A DNA stretch of 55,308 bases, taken from positions 1 to 55,308 of the IMG/VR virus record IMGVR_UViG_3300025585_000054, one strand, 5' to 3'. Positions within the stretch are counted from its first letter, which is position 1, and the number at the start of each line of letters is the position of its first letter. The stretch is from a virus (taxonomy: Duplodnaviria; Caudoviricetes). The notes beneath the pieces are model-generated. The model did not search any database. It had not been told where the DNA came from and saw only the letters and a program-made list of their open reading frames with translations. Shown here piece by piece: positions 15,455-25,000 of this stretch. A program made the position numbers and the translations under genes.

Positions 15455-18400
15455 CTAACTGGTAATTCCTTTGAGTTCCCTGAATTTCTCCAGCGAAATC
15501 GCATCTTCAAAGATTATATCAGAACTCTTGACCGACTTGCGGTAGATCAGCGGAGCAAATTGATTTCTGACGAGGTGAATCACGGAATTCAGGGTTCGAT
15601 TAAAGATGACGATCTTATAGATCCGATTTTTAACTGGATCGTACATATACATGGAAGCCATGAGCTTGCCCGTCTTGGTGTTGAAAATACGGCACCGCAT
15701 CACAATACCCAGACTCTTCTCGCAGTCAAAATCCCCTACCCCATGCTCAGCCAACTGCTGTGACAAGCCATCGAAAGCACCATCGTTCAAGAGATTAAGG
15801 AAGATTGCAAATTTCTGATCGCTAGGCATAGAGCCGTGAATAAGATCATCAAGCGTGGCGTCCATCCACTTCTGCGGCTCGTCGGTCTGGCAGTAGGCAA
15901 TGACCGATTTATCGCCCACTAAGGCGTAGATGTGTTCACGGGTCTTGAGGTTCATTTCCGTATCACCAAAACCCGTGATTGCCGCTGTAGAATCTTCCAT
16001 CTCCACCCGGAAGTAATGAGGCTTACGCTTGGTGCTCTTGGTTAAAGCACGCACAAAGTGATATTCGTTAGCATCAATATCTACATCGGCGCAGTCCGTG
16101 AGTAGATCCTTAAATGTAGTATCCTCATTGACATAAATAGGATAGTTTAGAACTGGCAGATAGTATTGCTTCTCGTCGTAATCTCCGCTATGACCGATGC
16201 TCGTGAAAGCGCCAACCTTTGTGAGATTCTCGACAACTGTGGAGCGAACGTAAGTCCTACGACACTTTCCATTAAACTCATCGAATGACCCAAAAGGTCG
16301 GTGATGAATAATCTCTTCAAGAGCTCCCTTTCCGACCCCAAGCACATTGCCTAAGCCAAATCTAATGCTCTCTCCATCGAGCGAGAAGCTGCGATCTGAC
16401 TTATTTACATCAGGGCCTTTCACATCGATACCCAGTCTGTTTGCCTCAAGGAGCAGGGTAGCGATACGTTCTTTTTCATTCTCGTTGGCAAGCAGTGCCC
16501 ACATATATTCTAGCGGATAATTGATTTTCAGCCACATGGTCTGGTAGGAGAGTACCGAATAGCCCACCGCATGACTCTTATTGAACATGTATAACGATGA
16601 CTTTTCAAAGTCATCCCACATCTTCTGTGCTGCCTGTTTGGTGATGTACTTGGATGCATTTTCTACGAATTTATCCTTGTAGATATCGAACTCACTACCG
16701 TCACGTTTCTTACCAATAATCTTACGAAGCTTGTCAGCCTCAGACCAAGAGAAATCAGCCAGCATTACTACGGTCTGCATCAACTGCTCTTGATAGATGA
16801 ACGTGCCATAGGTCTCACGCAAAATATCCTCCAGAATGGGGTGAGGATACTCAACAGGTCTAGCCCCACTCTTACAGGCAATATATTGCTCTCCCTGAGT
16901 TAACATAGCACCCGGTCGAACCAAAGCATTAGACACCGCAAGATCGTTAAAGTTATCTACGCCCATCTCCAGCAGCAGCCTCGTGTAAGCAGAAGCTTCT
17001 GCCTGAAAGACTCCTAATGTATTACCATTCCTCAGTTCTTCGTAAACCCGAGGATCTTCCAGTGTCATTGACTCAGAGCGAACATCTAATCCATAACGTT
17101 GCTGCACAGCATTAATAGCATCATCGACAACCGCTACTGCCTTTACACCAAGAATATCAAACTTAATTAGACCCAGTTGCTCTGCCTGAATCATGTCATA
17201 AGCAATGACTTCTACCCTACCGTCAGCACTAGGGTCGGACCTAGTTTCGATCGGGCACACTTGCCAAAGAGGAATATCAGAAACAACGACGCCAGCAGCG
17301 TGCGCTCCAGCAGTGCGAATTCGCCCCTCAATACGACGAGCAATAGTCAGAACATCAGGATATTCATCGACATACTTCTTGCACTTATCCTGAAACTCTT
17401 CCAGCGTCTCAAATAGCGGGGTCATCTTATTGACCTCGTTGTATGGGACACCAAAGGCCCGGCTCACATCCTTGATAATGGATTTAGCCTTAAACTCACC
17501 AAACGTAGAAATCGAGGCAACCTTGTCCCTACCCCATCTATCTTTGATATATTCCTTGACCAGATACCTTTTCCTGTCATCAAAGTCTAAGTCAATGTCG
17601 GGATAATCGTTTCTTTCCTCATTGATAAACCGGGCAAATAGCAAATTGTGGGTCAGGGGGTCAATACTCGTGATATCGAGCGCATACGCCAAAATAGAGC
17701 CCCCTACGGAGCCCCTAGCGGGTCCTCTGGCGATGCCTTGAGAGTCAGCCCATTTGATGATATCCCAGATAATCAGGAAGTAGTCTGAGAAGTCTAGTCG
17801 CTTGATAATTGCCAGTTCTTCCTCAAGTCTTTCCATGTACCCGGGAGCGTCCCGCAGACCCTTTTCCCTGAGGCCCCACTCAGCGATCTCATACAGGTAT
17901 TCATCGCTATTCATAATAGATGAGTACGACGGTAGCAGCTTACGCTTGGTAGCAATCTCAGCATTGCACTTATCTGCCACCTCAAGAGAATTCTCAATCA
18001 GATAAGGCTGGTCCCATCCGTGTTCAGCAAAGTATTGGGTTACCTCTTCGCTAGACATCAGGTATGGATGAATATCATCAAACCGCAATCTACGCTCGGG
18101 GAAGAGCATATTCATGCGCTTTACCAAGTCACGTTCCTTCTTGGCTGCGTCGGCATGCTCACGTAAATGCCGATCAGCAGCAGCATTCATACTTGGAATC
18201 TGAGCAACACACAGCAGAACTTCTTCGATGCCACGGTCGGCCAGCGTTGGATAGTGGCAGTCAATTGTGCCTACAGCCTTAATGCCCATCGCATCGCTGA
18301 AGGACAGAAGGGTCTTGTTAAGGTTTGGTTCATTCCAAGGCTGCAGTTCAAAGTAGTAGTCATCTTTGAATCTGCTATAGAACTGCTGGGCAGTCTTTTC

Positions 18401-18859
18401 GGCCTGCGATTCATTACCGTTCATAATTTGTCTGCTCAGGTACGATGCCATACAGCCAGACAAAACAGTTACGTCGCCAGCGAGATACTCTAAGTCGTCC
18501 CATTCAATGCGTGGCTTGTGATAGAAGCCGTCGCCCCAAGACTTCTGCATAAGCTGGAATAGCTTGTGCAAACCATCTTGATTCTTGGCGTGCATGATGA
18601 GATGGAATCGTTCAGCTTTCTTGTCGTCGCTATCGGACGCCAAGGATGGAACATAGTAAAACTCACAGCCGAAGATAGGCTTTACACCGACACTCTGGCA
18701 CGCCTGTTGAAATTGCAGGGTTCCTGCCATTGTGCCGTGGTCAGTAATGCTTACAGCCGACTGATTATTTCTCTTGGCAATCTGAGCAATCTCAGAAGGG
18801 CGACTCATTCCATCCAGAAGTGAGTATTCGCTATGTACATGAAGATGTACGAAATCCAA
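15455..18859 (-). CDS. dnaE: DNA polymerase III alpha subunit (DnaE-type with PHP domain)
   Basis: FVHLHVHSEYSLLDG, RGSVGGS, PDIDLDF, HAAGVV, KFDILG, YQEQ, FNKSHA. Confidence 0.97.
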   Translation of the reverse strand: MDFVHLHVHSEYSLLDGMSRPSEIAQIAKRNNQSAVSITDHGTMAGTLQFQQACQSVGVKPIFGCEFYYVPSLASDSDDKKAERFHLIMHAKNQDGLHKLFQLMQKSWGDGFYHKPRIEWDDLEYLAGDVTVLSGCMASYLSRQIMNGNESQAEKTAQQFYSRFKDDYYFELQPWNEPNLNKTLLSFSDAMGIKAVGTIDCHYPTLADRGIEEVLLCVAQIPSMNAAADRHLREHADAAKKERDLVKRMNMLFPERRLRFDDIHPYLMSSEEVTQYFAEHGWDQPYLIENSLEVADKCNAEIATKRKLLPSYSSIMNSDEYLYEIAEWGLREKGLRDAPGYMERLEEELAIIKRLDFSDYFLIIWDIIKWADSQGIARGPARGSVGGSILAYALDITSIDPLTHNLLFARFINEERNDYPDIDLDFDDRKRYLVKEYIKDRWGRDKVASISTFGEFKAKSIIKDVSRAFGVPYNEVNKMTPLFETLEEFQDKCKKYVDEYPDVLTIARRIEGRIRTAGAHAAGVVVSDIPLWQVCPIETRSDPSADGRVEVIAYDMIQAEQLGLIKFDILGVKAVAVVDDAINAVQQRYGLDVRSESMTLEDPRVYEELRNGNTLGVFQAEASAYTRLLLEMGVDNFNDLAVSNALVRPGAMLTQGEQYIACKSGARPVEYPHPILEDILRETYGTFIYQEQLMQTVVMLADFSWSEADKLRKIIGKKRDGSEFDIYKDKFVENASKYITKQAAQKMWDDFEKSSLYMFNKSHAVGYSVLSYQTMWLKINYPLEYMWALLANENEKERIATLLLEANRLGIDVKGPDVNKSDRSFSLDGESIRFGLGNVLGVGKGALEEIIHHRPFGSFDEFNGKCRRTYVRSTVVENLTKVGAFTSIGHSGDYDEKQYYLPVLNYPIYVNEDTTFKDLLTDCADVDIDANEYHFVRALTKSTKRKPHYFRVEMEDSTAAITGFGDTEMNLKTREHIYALVGDKSVIAYCQTDEPQKWMDATLDDLIHGSMPSDQKFAIFLNLLNDGAFDGLSQQLAEHGVGDFDCEKSLGIVMRCRIFNTKTGKLMASMYMYDPVKNRIYKIVIFNRTLNSVIHLVRNQFAPLIYRKSVKSSDIIFEDAISLEKFRELKGITS

Positions 18860-18861
18860 GA

Positions 18862-19272
18862 TTAAGCCCCAATTCTCATGTCGATGTGATCGAATAAATA
18901 ATTATAGCCGTCCATATTACGATACGGCTCCGCACAAACAACTCTAGTAATACCAGCGTTTAAAATATGAGGGGCGCATTGCATACATGGAGTGCATGTC
19001 AAATATAAAGTAGCACCACGCGTGGTTACACCGTTAAAGCAGGCGTTGGTTAAGAGATTAAGCTCAGCATGAATCGCAATACAGTCTGACGATCCCGAAT
19101 TGTGATCGGGGCAGTGATCGATACCTCTAGGGGCTCCGTTATACCCGGTAGATAAAATAGCCTTAGTGTCCGGATCAACAAGAACGGCGCCAACATTACG
19201 GGAAGGACAGGTTGCCCGCTGCGCCACGGCAGTAGCGATATTTAAGAAATACTCATCCCAAGTAGGACGCAT
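18862..19272 (-). CDS. dCMP deaminase (ComEB family)
   Basis: RPTWDEYF, TGYNG, HAE, PCMQC. Confidence 0.92.
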   Translation of the reverse strand: MRPTWDEYFLNIATAVAQRATCPSRNVGAVLVDPDTKAILSTGYNGAPRGIDHCPDHNSGSSDCIAIHAELNLLTNACFNGVTTRGATLYLTCTPCMQCAPHILNAGITRVVCAEPYRNMDGYNYLFDHIDMRIGA

Positions 19273-19450
19273 CTTGTACCATCTCATCTTTCACAAGCGC
19301 AATAATTTTCTCGATTTCGACTAATTGCCGAATCAGGGGGCTATAGCTAATTTGCGAGTTGACATCACGAGTATCCCAAAGCTGAATCAGCGAGAGCGAA
19401 GTCTCATAGATGTGATTTATATAAATATTGAATTGCTCTTGCTGTGCCAT
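19253..19450 (-). CDS. Hypothetical protein
   Basis: 65-aa ORF filling the gap, TAATG coupling. Confidence 0.6.
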   Translation of the reverse strand: MAQQEQFNIYINHIYETSLSLIQLWDTRDVNSQISYSPLIRQLVEIEKIIALVKDEMVQDASYLG

Positions 19451-19881
19451 TAACAATACCTCTGAATCAAATACGACGGGATCTCCCGTTCCTTCGCCAA
19501 TTCTAGCACATGCGCGGTCCCGGGGCTAGCTGCGATATCAGGAACAAAAGCAAAAAGAAGATCGGGGTTATTATCTTCCAGCATCTTTTGATTGCGAGCA
19601 TATCCAAGCACTGGGGTAAATTGTGATGGGTCAATAGGATATTCTAAGATTTTTAACTCGGCAGCCCGCAATACCCCGCGATTGAAGGACTCAATTTTCT
19701 TGGCGCAACGCCCAGCAAGTTGTCCTGCGCCCCTGTCGTCTGTGTGAATGATGGTCAATCCATCTTCCATATTGTCAATGATCTCATACAGACCCCACAT
19801 ACAAGCAAAGATAATACGCTCATCACGCCAATCTTGGCTACCGCAGAATAGTGCGGTCAGCCGCTCACCTCTTGCTCCCAC
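19450..19881 (-). CDS. SLOG-family (DUF2493/YspA-like) protein
   Basis: CGSQDW, IIH...RGA..LA, ARNQKML, SPGTAH; likely GTG start after AGGAG. Confidence 0.75.
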   Translation of the reverse strand: MGARGERLTALFCGSQDWRDERIIFACMWGLYEIIDNMEDGLTIIHTDDRGAGQLAGRCAKKIESFNRGVLRAAELKILEYPIDPSQFTPVLGYARNQKMLEDNNPDLLFAFVPDIAASPGTAHVLELAKEREIPSYLIQRYC

Positions 19882-20024
19882 AACATCTCCTGACAATCTC
19901 TACAAAAATAAACACGAAACCACGCATCCACTTCCTTCTTGAATACGTATTCTCGCCCTACGTTCGTAATGTCCTGCTTTGCCCGACAATGCGAACATTT
20001 GATGACTTTGGGTGAAGGGGCCAC
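19857..20024 (-). CDS. 55-aa Zn-finger protein (not in ORF track)
   Basis: Manual translation MAPSPKVIKCSHCRAKQ...VYFCRDCQEMLWEQEVSG*; GAGGT RBS. Confidence 0.65.
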   Translation of the reverse strand: MAPSPKVIKCSHCRAKQDITNVGREYVFKKEVDAWFRVYFCRDCQEMLWEQEVSG

Positions 20025-20461
20025 GATACCATTACCTCATCAATATCATTAAGGCTACTGATCTTATAAATATTCTTTGGGATTTTCAGGCCAGTTGGTT
20101 CTTGCGTATAAAAGTAAGTACGAACCTCGTGCGTACCATGCTTGGGTAGCTCATCAAAAGATGGCGTGATGAAGATATCACAATCTAGCGCCACAGCAGC
20201 ATTATATTGATAATGCACGGGAATGTCGTAGATGACCCGATTATACATTACAGCCCACTCATCTAACCAGCGATCAGTCATCTCACGGTTTTGACGAGCA
20301 GTAATGAGAAAAATATCATTGCCTCCAGCAAACCAGCGGTTACTGGCATACCAACCGTCTTCTGTGCAGACTTGATTGAGGCAGAATAAATCAGTGTCTA
20401 TATCGTCTTTACCGTATGGCTGCCTAGAAATTAGGCCATCTAAAGTAAGTGCAATTTTCAT
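19958..20461 (-). CDS. HAD-like 5'-nucleotidase homologue, degenerate
   Basis: MKIALTLDG, IFLITAR, T.RWL, DCDIFI. Confidence 0.6.
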   Translation of the reverse strand: MKIALTLDGLISRQPYGKDDIDTDLFCLNQVCTEDGWYASNRWFAGGNDIFLITARQNREMTDRWLDEWAVMYNRVIYDIPVHYQYNAAVALDCDIFITPSFDELPKHGTHEVRTYFYTQEPTGLKIPKNIYKISSLNDIDEVMVSWPLHPKSSNVRIVGQSRTLRT

Positions 20462-20465
20462 ATCA

Positions 20466-20507
20466 TATGGATAATGGGGGCTAGGCTAACCTAGCCCCCA
20501 CATCCAT
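20466..20507 (-). terminator. Hairpin downstream of ssb
   Basis: TGGGGGCTAGG-ttag-CCTAGCCCCCA core, extendable by ATGGAT/ATCCAT. Confidence 0.65.
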
Positions 20508-20516
20508 CCCCCTATC

Positions 20517-21167
20517 CTACCAATTGCTAACGCTATTACGCGTAGGCTCTTCGGTAGAAGTCATAAACTCTGACTGCTCGTTGTAAGGCATCAGTCTGTA
20601 GACTGAAGTTACATCGTGCATCTCAAAGTCAGCAAATTCCGCAGGCTCTTCGCCAGTCTCAATCGGAATGAGCGTGTAGTTAGTGTCGTGCATCTTAGAA
20701 CCGCTACGGCTCACCTTGTACGAGCGATCAGCAATCGTACCAAACTCAGTAGCGTACTCAACCAGAGTAGCACCAATGTGCCGCTGGTTGAAGGTCTGGT
20801 CAAGAATCATCGTTGACCAGTTCTTGTTCTCGTCCAGAACAGCAACATTAACCACGAAGTGAGTCTGCGGACGCCACTTCGGGTCCTTTACCGTCTGCTC
20901 ACAGGCCCAGCACTTGAAGCCCATTTCTTCGTTATCTGCGGTGCAAGCCATCTGCTTCTTGAAGTCAAGAGGCGACTTGTGTACAGCAACAATTGCAGCC
21001 GCACCACGAGAGTCATTAAAATTCTTGCTGTCTACCGTCAGCTCCTGAAGGAACCGAATCTTAAATGCGTCACGGTCCTTGAGCGTAAGGAACTTCTTGC
21101 CCCCGCCACCCTTGGATTCGTTTTCTACCTTATTCTTTAAATTTGCGAGTGTCTTATAAACAGTCAT
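20517..21167 (-). CDS. ssb: gp32-like single-stranded DNA-binding protein
   Basis: FL.LKD...KIRFL, H...C...CWAC Zn site, YKVSRSG...DTNYTL; next to primase. Confidence 0.75.
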   Translation of the reverse strand: MTVYKTLANLKNKVENESKGGGGKKFLTLKDRDAFKIRFLQELTVDSKNFNDSRGAAAIVAVHKSPLDFKKQMACTADNEEMGFKCWACEQTVKDPKWRPQTHFVVNVAVLDENKNWSTMILDQTFNQRHIGATLVEYATEFGTIADRSYKVSRSGSKMHDTNYTLIPIETGEEPAEFADFEMHDVTSVYRLMPYNEQSEFMTSTEEPTRNSVSNW

Positions 21168-22123
21168 TGTGTTTTCTCCTTGTTTTGAAATAAATAGTCT
21201 AAGTAATTAATCTTGTTACTTAAGCATTGTCTAATTTGTTCTTCCGTCATCTCCCCGGGATCCTTGACGCCTGACGGATAAGGCACGATCCAAAGATCCT
21301 TTCGCGGGTTCCCCTCTATTATAGCACGCCGGGCGGAGTGGCCCGCGTCGTCGTTGTCAAAAAACAACACGATGCTATCGAAATAACGATTGAGCATTAA
21401 ATGATGTTCTTGCGGTATTGAGGCCCCAAGCGTTGCTACAACATTTGGAAAGCCAGCTTGATGTACACGAATCGCATCTAAGCTTCCCTCAGTCAAGATG
21501 ACTTCTCTATGGGCCTTGGCATTCTGCAGATTGAAGAGCGTAGAACGTCTTGGAAAATTATCAGAGTATAGATACTTCGGGAACTGATCTGATGACGTAG
21601 CCCTTCCAATAAACCCGACCAGATTAAAGAATTCATCGCGAGCAGGAATTACAATACGATTCTGTCGCTCCGAATACCCGATCTGAAACTGCTCTAAGAC
21701 AGCTGCATGGTAGCCTCGATCTAACAGGTACGAAAGCTTCCCTAGATCGGTCGGATTTCTATAATCGACAGTAATACGATCAAAGGCCGTATTCCAATCT
21801 TGCTTTGGAGCCTCTTTTGGTTGCTCATCAGATAATAGTGAGATGAGATCGTCGTCTGAGTAGTGGGGCTGGTGATTCCAAGCAATCTCCTTACCGGCTA
21901 ATTCCCGAGCAAGGGTGGCAAAAGAACCTTTGCGCCCACATGATGGATTAAAGCAATGCCATAGGCCAGTCTTTTTGTTTACATAAAAAGCCGGGCTAGA
22001 CGTATTGCTATGAAATGGACAATAGCACGCATATTCAGAAGGAGTCTCGCTAACAACCGTGAGATACTCCTGAACAAACTGCTCAATCGTTTTGTTGTTC
22101 TGTAAACCAGAAATGGAGTGCAA
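21164..22123 (-). CDS. dnaG: DnaG-like primase
   Basis: CPFH...PAF..N...GLWHCF Zn finger, GR, KYL, TEG..D, FDNDDAG, KDP. Confidence 0.92.
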   Translation of the reverse strand: MHSISGLQNNKTIEQFVQEYLTVVSETPSEYACYCPFHSNTSSPAFYVNKKTGLWHCFNPSCGRKGSFATLARELAGKEIAWNHQPHYSDDDLISLLSDEQPKEAPKQDWNTAFDRITVDYRNPTDLGKLSYLLDRGYHAAVLEQFQIGYSERQNRIVIPARDEFFNLVGFIGRATSSDQFPKYLYSDNFPRRSTLFNLQNAKAHREVILTEGSLDAIRVHQAGFPNVVATLGASIPQEHHLMLNRYFDSIVLFFDNDDAGHSARRAIIEGNPRKDLWIVPYPSGVKDPGEMTEEQIRQCLSNKINYLDYLFQNKEKTQ

Positions 22124-22292
22124 ATTCGAATGTACCTCTGTCTGTCATATTCCAATAAAGCTTAGTACGCTCAATTGGTCCAATAGTATCAGCAATATAC
22201 TCTTCAATTGTAGGCCGCTGCCTCAAGATAGTCTCTTGATCCTTGGCTTCGCCGTCTACAATGTGATCAGGAGCGGTGTCTTCATTAGACAT
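22083..22292 (-). CDS. Hypothetical protein
   Basis: MSNEDT start overlapping the dnaB stop. Confidence 0.55.
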   Translation of the reverse strand: MSNEDTAPDHIVDGEAKDQETILRQRPTIEEYIADTIGPIERTKLYWNMTDRGTFEFALHFWFTEQQND

Positions 22293-23511
22293 CGAATAAT
22301 TCTTCTCTCTTGCCGCTGTCAAGATCCCACTGAAGATAAAAAGCAAAAGGATGACCTCTACGAACCTTGCGGCTAACCACCTCAAATAAATTCGATTCTT
22401 CATTCCTATGCACCGCCATCACCAAGTCGGCGTCATAAGCAAGCTGCTTACTCCACGCAACTTCAGCTAAGGCAGGAGCCCTTTCTCCATGATTTCCATC
22501 CATAGTCACCGCAGCAATATCGATAACAGGGATGTTGTGTCGAACGGCAATTCTCTTGAAGTCTTTCGACAAATTCTTAGCTCGTTCGGTTTCCGTTCCG
22601 CCCTTTTTGGCGTCATCAAACAGACCATGATAGTCAAGGATTAAAAGATCGGGCTGATACTGCTCAACCTTAGCCTCAACCACATTCTGATTAGCCGCCT
22701 CAATGCCGTCTGAAGTGACCAAGTGAATGGGGGGTCGATTCTGGAAAGTCCTCTTGGCCCAATCCTCATAAGCCTCAGGATTTACGCCACGACCGAACAT
22801 CAGATCAGAATTTCTGAATGTCTCACCCTGATTCAGGATGGTATCTAAGCGATAACCCTCTTGTTCCTTATTCATCTCAAGCGAGATAATAAGCGGGCTA
22901 TAACCGGCCATCCAAGCATTCGCAGCAAATAGACGAGAGAACCAAGACTTGCCGCTACCGGTCCAGCCAAGAATGACAATGAAGTCACCCTTTTGCCAGC
23001 CACCGAAGTGCTTATCAATAACGTCAAACCCGCTGGGGATACCCATGATATTCTTCTCAGGATCTTCGTAGCGAACCTTGAAGTCCTCTACTCGCTCCAA
23101 GTAATCACCCGTAAGGTTGGTATCCTTGAGTGCCCCCGTGTTTTTCATCAACCTCAGGCTGTTCATCGCCACAAAGTTCAAGGCAGCATTCGGGCCGCTA
23201 TCACGCAGAATTTGAATGGTGTCGTGCAAAGTAGTGCGAACATTCTCAGATAGTGCGTGCTTACGAGCCTCATCGATATAAAACTGCAGCGGGGCTGCGC
23301 TAGTATCGATAAACTCAAACTCACGAAATTCATTCTTTACAATAGACTTAGTAGGAAGTTTGCTGTACTTGGAGTAATACCCATGCACAAACTCCCAAAT
23401 ATCTTTATGGTCAATAAAAGACTCATCGACATTCTGCTCTACAGCAGGGACGATGCTCTCAGCATCGATCAGACTGTTGAGCAAGCTCATTTCGTAATTA
23501 ATTGTTATCAC
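22285..23511 (-). CDS. dnaB: DnaB-like replicative helicase
   Basis: GIPSGF..ID, GWTGSGKS, ISLEM, ILDY, YDADLV, KVRRG. Confidence 0.93.
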   Translation of the reverse strand: MITINYEMSLLNSLIDAESIVPAVEQNVDESFIDHKDIWEFVHGYYSKYSKLPTKSIVKNEFREFEFIDTSAAPLQFYIDEARKHALSENVRTTLHDTIQILRDSGPNAALNFVAMNSLRLMKNTGALKDTNLTGDYLERVEDFKVRYEDPEKNIMGIPSGFDVIDKHFGGWQKGDFIVILGWTGSGKSWFSRLFAANAWMAGYSPLIISLEMNKEQEGYRLDTILNQGETFRNSDLMFGRGVNPEAYEDWAKRTFQNRPPIHLVTSDGIEAANQNVVEAKVEQYQPDLLILDYHGLFDDAKKGGTETERAKNLSKDFKRIAVRHNIPVIDIAAVTMDGNHGERAPALAEVAWSKQLAYDADLVMAVHRNEESNLFEVVSRKVRRGHPFAFYLQWDLDSGKREELFDV

Positions 23512-23824
23512 CCTTCATACGCTCCTGCGTCTGACGCACGAGCCGCTTGAATTCTTCACGATCTTGGTTCTCAATCTTGATTTCTTCCACAATGGTTCCA
23601 ATCTTGACTACGAAGTCAAGCAGGAAGATGACCGGCTGCCTCTCGTTGCGGATAAACCTTTCCACACACTGCTGAGCTACTTCAGCACCGCCGTTGGCAG
23701 CAAAGAACTTAACTAAACGTTCGGCGTTGACTTCATCCTTTTCAGTCTGAAAAAAGATTTTGCCGTTTGCCTCAGCGGTATTTGTTAAGCAGGTGATTAG
23801 GGCTTCGCCAGTTAGATTCATCAA
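23498..23824 (-). CDS. Hypothetical protein upstream of the helicase
   Basis: 108-aa ORF, coupled. Confidence 0.65.
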   Translation of the reverse strand: MMNLTGEALITCLTNTAEANGKIFFQTEKDEVNAERLVKFFAANGGAEVAQQCVERFIRNERQPVIFLLDFVVKIGTIVEEIKIENQDREEFKRLVRQTQERMKGDNN

Positions 23825-24068
23825 TCGTTTCTACCTTTCTCCATGTACCAACAAGTCTTTCATAATACGAAAGCCCACCGGCCACACAGGTCACATCAAA
23901 ATACTGATCCATACATGGAAACTTGACTTGACAATCAGCGCAAATTTTTTTAGCTGCCTGAATGTGCTTTGGATCGTAGGAGATAAAGACCTTATGATCT
24001 TCATCTACACACTTGGCTTTAGACATCCAAGCGACGTTACTTAGCAGACCCACCGGACAGTTCACCAT
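23772..24068 (-). CDS. whiB: Second WhiB-like protein (diverged)
   Basis: WMSKAKC...F...AKKICADCQV..PC...VAGGLS..ER. Confidence 0.8.
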   Translation of the reverse strand: MVNCPVGLLSNVAWMSKAKCVDEDHKVFISYDPKHIQAAKKICADCQVKFPCMDQYFDVTCVAGGLSYYERLVGTWRKVETIDESNWRSPNHLLNKYR

Positions 24069-24249
24069 CCAGCTCGGAGAGCCGGTTCTCTACTTCTGTT
24101 TCTACCTTCGACCAAGCCTGCTTCCACTCTTCATCTGAAAGAACATCTTCAGAATCGAGGGTCAGCCCAGCATCAATTCTAAGCGACTGATAGTTCCCAA
24201 GATTTCTGGTAAGGCCTACCGTAACGCTAATCGTACCTTTTCTACTCAT
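24037..24249 (-). CDS. Conserved small phage protein
   Basis: VGLTRNLGNYQSLRIDAG motif; GGAGG RBS. Confidence 0.75.
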   Translation of the reverse strand: MSRKGTISVTVGLTRNLGNYQSLRIDAGLTLDSEDVLSDEEWKQAWSKVETEVENRLSELDGELSGGSAK

Positions 24250-24290
24250 TATTACCTCCGTTGGTTATTATATCGCAATGCCGACGACCA

Positions 24291-24319
24291 ACTATACACG
24301 CCGCAGGTCGGGAGCGCAA
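24291..24319 (-). promoter_or_regulatory. Promoter of the replication operon, enclosed by an inverted repeat
   Basis: TTGCGC-N17-TATAGT; flanked by AATGCCGACGA (24277-24287) and TCGTCGGCATT (24325-24335). Confidence 0.6.
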
Positions 24320-24333
24320 GCGGATCGTCGGCA

Positions 24334-24807
24334 TTACGTTCCGACATTTTTAATTTTTTGAAAACGAGCATTTATATGACGCAATGCTTCTGTCTGATTG
24401 ACGGGACTAAATCTAGTCTGCCTTCCAGCTTTGTTTCTCATGGAGAAAATTTCAATGACATCATAAACATCCCGCAGCGTATAAATCCTGACTGCGGCTG
24501 AACCTTCTGGGTTCAGCTTTACCTTTGTCGCCACAGGAATTAGGCCAGCTTTCTCATACTTACGAATAGTATCTGTTTTTTTGTCAATAATTTTTGCTAA
24601 ATCACCAATTCTAAATACTGGCGATAAAAAGTATTGCGCTGTATCATATTCGATCGTTTCATTGCTATACGTAGAGTAATTATATACATTTACTATGTTA
24701 GACTTTTTCAAAGTTGAGGTGATACGAATTACTTCACCACGCTCATTTAAGAAAAGCCTATTTTTTAGCAGTTTTACTTGATTCTTTTTCTCTAAGAACA
24801 CGAACAA
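24334..24807 (-). CDS. MerR-like HTH protein
   Basis: FRIGDLAK......TIRKYEKAGLIP...RIYTLRDV; start uncertain. Confidence 0.8.
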   Translation of the reverse strand: MFVFLEKKNQVKLLKNRLFLNERGEVIRITSTLKKSNIVNVYNYSTYSNETIEYDTAQYFLSPVFRIGDLAKIIDKKTDTIRKYEKAGLIPVATKVKLNPEGSAAVRIYTLRDVYDVIEIFSMRNKAGRQTRFSPVNQTEALRHINARFQKIKNVGT

Positions 24808-25000
24808 TCTCGCTTAGTAAATGCTTGTACTCTTTGTATGTGCAACGATAATTTCTGGCGCAAAGCGTACAGGTTAATTCAACCTTTTTTACCTTCTTGT
24901 CGCCACCGGGGGAGTCGGATTCCCAATAGATTTCATCCTCAAGAACCCGACCCCCACAGCGCCGACACCAAAAGCCACCAAAGTGTAGCACCGATAACAC
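24758..25000 (-). CDS. Zn-ribbon hypothetical protein
   Basis: CRRCGGRV...LTCTLC. Confidence 0.65.
   Translation of the reverse strand: MLSVLHFGGFWCRRCGGRVLEDEIYWESDSPGGDKKVKKVELTCTLCARNYRCTYKEYKHLLSEIVRVLREKESSKTAKK

Noticed and set aside
15455-18859. Intein or intron in dnaE (also checked terL, dnaB, recA)
   Set aside because: Lengths are normal and no splice-junction or LAGLIDADG motifs were seen
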